Shown here: positions 60,218-64,000 of the stretch, piece by piece
Layout of the letters: each line of letters begins with the position of its first letter
Numbering within the stretch: position 1 is the first letter of the stretch
NCBI GenBank assembly: GCA_963682135.1
Contig: OY821645.1
Coordinates: 2,208,001 to 2,272,000, forward strand
DNA from: Methanothrix sp.
GTDB lineage: Archaea; Halobacteriota; Methanosarcinia; Methanotrichales; Methanotrichaceae
Direction: 5' to 3'
Length of the DNA: 64,000 nt
Made by a program: the position numbers and the translations under genes
Notes under the pieces: model-generated
What the model saw: the letters and a program-made list of their open reading frames with translations, nothing else
Database searches by the model: none
What the model was told of the DNA's origin: nothing

Positions 60218-61201
60218 CTACACCGTATGTCGCATCCCAGCATACTTTAAGAATACGTCATCCAGTGTCGGCCTTGTCGCTCTGATCCATTCCAGCGAGA
60301 TTCCTTCGTTCCGCAAGACTTCGATGATCAAAGGCATCGCAAACTCTCCATTCTCGACTACAACGTCCATGATGCAGTCATGAACAGTCGCATCGTCAAC
60401 GAAGTTCAGAGCTCTGATCTTCGTCAGGGTATCCAATTCCCGTCTAAGAGGAGATGCGGATGGATGCTTGGACTCAGTCCCATTGTCTGCCAGGCGAATG
60501 GATATGATCTCGCCATGAAGTGAGCGTTTAAGCTCGCTGGCGGAGCCGGTTTTGACGATTTTGCCCTTGTTGATGATGGCAACCTCATCGGAATACAGGT
60601 CAGCTTCATCCATGTAATGAGTGTTAAAAAAGACCGTGGTGCCATATTCTTTCTTGAACGATCTCAGATTCTCCCAGACCGCTTTTCTGGCGGAAGGGTC
60701 GAGACCCAGAGTAGGCTCGTCCAGAAAGAGAATTTTGGGTTTGATCAGCAGGGCACAGGCAATCTCAAGCCTGCGAATCATGCCACCCGAGTATTTCTTG
60801 ACGGGCCCGTTTGCTACGTCCTCCAGGCCCATGTTTTGCAGGGCATCCCAGATGATCTTCTTTCTCTGGGTGGAGGATACACCATAGATCTTGGCATATA
60901 TGAGGAGATTCTCAAAGCCGGTGATATCGGTCCAGACGCTCATCTCCTGGGGCACGTATCCGATGATCTTTCGGACTTTATCATCATCCTTAACAACATC
61001 ATAGGAAAAGGCACGCGCAAGTCCCATTGTGGGATGGATCTGGGTGGTCAAGATGCGCATCAAGGTGGTCTTGCCCGATCCATTGGGGCCAAGCAAAGCA
61101 AAGATGCTGGCGGCCTTGACCGTCAGATCGACTCCGTCCAGGGCGTTTACCTTGCCGTCATAGACTTTAGTAAGCTGCTTAATATCAATTGCAGATGCCA
61201 T
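60218..61201 (-). CDS. DrrA-like ABC ATPase
   Basis: GPNGSGKT, YSGGM.RRL, PTLDDVF. Confidence 0.9.
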   Translation of the reverse strand: MASAIDIKQLTKVYDGKVNALDGVDLTVKAASIFALLGPNGSGKTTLMRILTTQIHPTMGLARAFSYDVVKDDDKVRKIIGYVPQEMSVWTDITGFENLLIYAKIYGVSSTQRKKIIWDALQNMGLEDVANGPVKKYSGGMIRRLEIACALLIKPKILFLDEPTLGLDPSARKAVWENLRSFKKEYGTTVFFNTHYMDEADLYSDEVAIINKGKIVKTGSASELKRSLHGEIISIRLADNGTESKHPSASPLRRELDTLTKIRALNFVDDATVHDCIMDVVVENGEFAMPLIIEVLRNEGISLEWIRATRPTLDDVFLKYAGMRHTV

Positions 61202-61415
61202 GTTCACCTTCTGGATTTTGGTTTCATATCTTTTGATTTGATATATAAATTCTGCGATTAGTAGCATAAATTTCTGTATTCATCGATAAATTTAGCGTGC
61301 TTATTGATATTAATTTAAAATCTACTAAGATTTAATGTTACTACTGTATGGTTTTCGGTTTTGGATTTGAATTGTAATACAATCAATTAAAATAGCGATC
61401 GTTTTTTGCTACATA

Positions 61416-61454
61416 AAATATAAGTAGTATGAAAAAACTCATTTGATCGCGTAA
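61416..61454 (+). promoter_or_regulatory. TATA box plus GTATGA half-site, same layout as 55035-55073
   Basis: aaatataagta-GTATGA; second half-site degenerate. Confidence 0.4.
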
Positions 61455-61483
61455 TCTATGTGAACCACTACGGAGGAAGATCG

Positions 61484-62617
61484 ATGAATAGAGCAAATGT
61501 GATGAAAATTATGCAGTATGCAATATTGGTAATGCTCTTCTTGGGACTTGCGGTATTGCCATCAACTGCAGAAATAGATATAAAAGAGAAAATCGTGGAT
61601 AAAAGCGCGGATTCTATCACAGTAGTCGATGAGGTGGGAAGAACAGTAACTATTAACCTGCCCATTAAAAATATCATTTCAACCGACTATCGCCAAATGG
61701 AAGCACTTCTGGCTCTTGGGGTACAGGATAAGATAGTAGGTGTGGATTCAAATTTCCCCAGACAAATGCCCTATTTCGGCCCAAAAGACGCAGCTGAAGT
61801 GGGACTGCATGCCACTGAGGTCAACTATGAACAGATCCTGATGCTGGAGCCGAGTCTGGTAATAATACCGGCAAGACAAGGATCTACTGCGGATGAGATT
61901 TCGAAGAAACTGAAGGGCGTTCCGGTGGTGGCTTTTGGCTTAAGTTCCAGAGATCACATGATCCCTCAATTGGAGATAATGGGACAAATCCTGGGAAAGG
62001 AGGAAGAAGCCAATAAACTGATCAACTGGACAAAGAAGTACGAGGTGATTGTAGAGGAGAGGATTAAAAATGTTGATCCATCGGATATGCCGACATTCTA
62101 CTACGATTACATGTCTGACACCCATAAGAAATGGTGGGCTCTGACCCCAGATAACCTTGCTGTAAGGGCGGCAGAAGACTGTGGCGGAAAGAATATCGCC
62201 TCCGACCTCGATCTAAATAAGACGACCACTTCCGTGGAAGTAGAAGCTGAATGGGTTCTCTCTAAGGATCCCGAGTTCATATTCCTGGATTTCATGGGCG
62301 GCTTGCGTGATGACCCGGTGCAGAGCGGTCCGGGAAAGACGGAAGATGATCTGAAAAAAACGCTATCTTCAATGATTGATGAGAGAGAGAAGGAAGGATT
62401 TCAGAATTTTGCCGCGGTAAAAAATAACCACGTGTATATCGTGGATAGAGATTACATTTCAGGTCCTCGATGGATCATAGGTCATGTACTATTTGCTAAA
62501 CTGCTCCATCCGAGTCTATTCGAAGATCTGGACCCGGCTGAATTGAACAAGGAATATCTCAAAGAATTCCAGGGAGTTGAGTTAGAGGGAACCTGGGTGT
62601 ACCCGGTTCCGACGTGA
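61484..62617 (+). CDS. BtuF/FecB-type substrate-binding protein, paralog 2
   Basis: Shares IS.DYR..E, H..EVNYE.IL, SGPGK.E.D, GPRW..GH, GTW.YP with 55157..56389. Confidence 0.88.
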   Translation: MNRANVMKIMQYAILVMLFLGLAVLPSTAEIDIKEKIVDKSADSITVVDEVGRTVTINLPIKNIISTDYRQMEALLALGVQDKIVGVDSNFPRQMPYFGPKDAAEVGLHATEVNYEQILMLEPSLVIIPARQGSTADEISKKLKGVPVVAFGLSSRDHMIPQLEIMGQILGKEEEANKLINWTKKYEVIVEERIKNVDPSDMPTFYYDYMSDTHKKWWALTPDNLAVRAAEDCGGKNIASDLDLNKTTTSVEVEAEWVLSKDPEFIFLDFMGGLRDDPVQSGPGKTEDDLKKTLSSMIDEREKEGFQNFAAVKNNHVYIVDRDYISGPRWIIGHVLFAKLLHPSLFEDLDPAELNKEYLKEFQGVELEGTWVYPVPT

Positions 62618-62749
62618 CCTATCAATTCAATAACCGATCAATGAAATGCATTGACAAGTTGATCATTACTACCTAGAAGAGAGATGCATGGACAAAATGC
62701 CCATCATCCCTGAAAATTTTTGTTTCACGGATACAAGATTGAGGATTGG

Positions 62750-63418
62750 ATGTCATCAGATATAAAGCAATCAGAAATCAAGAATAAAATTAGGGAATGG
62801 TGGGATGATCCCCATCAGGACTACGATGGATTTATTGGTCACGGTGTGAATTCAGAGATAGAAAAAGAATTGTGGGGAAATGAGATTGCGCAACTGCTCG
62901 GCCGTAAGCATAATCTAAAAATCCTGGACATAGGCACAGGCACCGGCTTTCTGGCACTTCTCCTGGCAGGCATGGGCTACAGTGTAACTGCCGTGGATTG
63001 GTCCACGACTATGATGCAAAAAGCGAGAGAAAAAGCGAAGGCTTCTCAAATCCCTGTCTTGTTCGAAGTTCAAGATGCGGAGAATCTTTCATTTCCCGAT
63101 GGCTCTTTTGATGCCGTGGTGAGCAGGCATGTGCTCTGGACTTTAGCGGACCCATTTAGAGCATCAAAGGAATGGGTCAGGGTGATTAAACCCGATGGAT
63201 TGGTCATAACCGACATTCCACGCCAGGGATCGGATTCAGGAAAGCATCATTACGGAGACGAAATCGGCAAAGAGTTGCCGCTTGGCAATGGTGCAGATCC
63301 GGAAACGATCTTAGCCATGTTCAAGGAAGCCGGGCTGACTAATCTCAATCTGAAACTTATGGAAAAGCAAGGCGAGCAGCATAGAAAGACACTTATTATC
63401 TACGGAGAGAAAATATGA
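62750..63418 (+). CDS. Class I SAM-dependent methyltransferase, paralog 2
   Basis: LKILDIGTGTGFLALLLA and FDAVVSRHV.WTLADP shared with copy 1. Confidence 0.9.
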   Translation: MSSDIKQSEIKNKIREWWDDPHQDYDGFIGHGVNSEIEKELWGNEIAQLLGRKHNLKILDIGTGTGFLALLLAGMGYSVTAVDWSTTMMQKAREKAKASQIPVLFEVQDAENLSFPDGSFDAVVSRHVLWTLADPFRASKEWVRVIKPDGLVITDIPRQGSDSGKHHYGDEIGKELPLGNGADPETILAMFKEAGLTNLNLKLMEKQGEQHRKTLIIYGEKI

Positions 63419-64000
63419 GCGACCATATGTTATGGGCAGAGGCCATAGACAAGGTAGTGGCAGGGGACCCGGCAAAGGCTTATGCATTCTTCGGGCACCC
63501 TTCCATGTCAACAAGCATCTTTGCACCTCGAATAGATTGCGCATTCCTGCTGACACCAGCGGGAGAGAAACTAAGTCTGGCTTTGAAAAAAGGAGACTGG
63601 CTGCCTGGATACGGCCATATGGAATACCTGTTCTCGGATATGATGCTCTATTGGCCAGGAGATTACGTCTTTTGCCTGGTTAGAACTCCGGGAGTATATG
63701 ATATGTCCTGGCATGGAGGAGAGAGCGGGCTGTTTCTCACACGCAGCTTTGCCAAGGTGATAATTCATGCAAGAAAAGAGGATCAGAATGCTCAGGAGGG
63801 CCAGAAAAGCCAAGGCACCTGGGATGCAGGATTTCCTCTGGAAATAATTCCGGAGCGCGCTCCTTACGATGCAAAGGCAATGGAGACACTCAAGTTCAGG
63901 GTAAAATATCTGAACCAGCCTATCAAAGCCAATTACTATGCATCTTACTGGGCATGGGACGAAAAAGGTGATCCCAGAGTTCAAAGAGGGACAACTGACG
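63415..64000 (+). CDS. DUF4198-like protein (3'-partial; absent from the ORF track)
   Basis: ATGA overlap with the MTase stop; H.LW, FGHP, FAKVII, G.PLEIIP; open to the window end. Confidence 0.6.
   Translation, partial: MSDHMLWAEAIDKVVAGDPAKAYAFFGHPSMSTSIFAPRIDCAFLLTPAGEKLSLALKKGDWLPGYGHMEYLFSDMMLYWPGDYVFCLVRTPGVYDMSWHGGESGLFLTRSFAKVIIHARKEDQNAQEGQKSQGTWDAGFPLEIIPERAPYDAKAMETLKFRVKYLNQPIKANYYASYWAWDEKGDPRVQRGTTD

Noticed and set aside
1-64000. CRISPR array, rRNA or tRNA genes
   Set aside because: No repeat-spacer pattern, cloverleaf or rRNA signature seen; the only tandem arrays are coding repeats.

Overview
64 kb of archaeal chromosome, most likely a methanogen of the Methanosarcinales/Methanotrichales group (Methanothrix-like). 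This is inferred from hdrED, the MC1 chromatin protein, DUF1699, a PGF-CTERM protein and archaeal lipid genes. I found no rRNA, tRNA or CRISPR array. Housekeeping content: thrC, a core methionine synthase, hdrED, folP, GGR/GGPP synthase, a Zn/Mn ABC importer, queE and MC1. Accessory content: a two-gene Ku + ligase NHEJ unit; a CofE-cytidine deaminase fusion coupled to folP; a TnpB-only IS200/IS605 element whose ends, target motif (TTAG) and interrupted host gene can be read from the sequence; a C69 peptidase + Orn/Lys/Arg decarboxylase pair; a radical SAM + DUF4130 pair; a TIR remnant next to a NACHT-pentapeptide protein; a cupin/HPPD-like/TspO/persulfide-dioxygenase cluster; and an extracellular HEAT-repeat lipoprotein. 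The strongest candidate for an undescribed system is the 55-64 kb island: a BtuFCD/FecBCD-type importer with two binding protein + SAM-methyltransferase modules and a DUF4198-like gene, preceded by a NikR-like operator. All family calls come from motif recognition by eye; no database searches were run.
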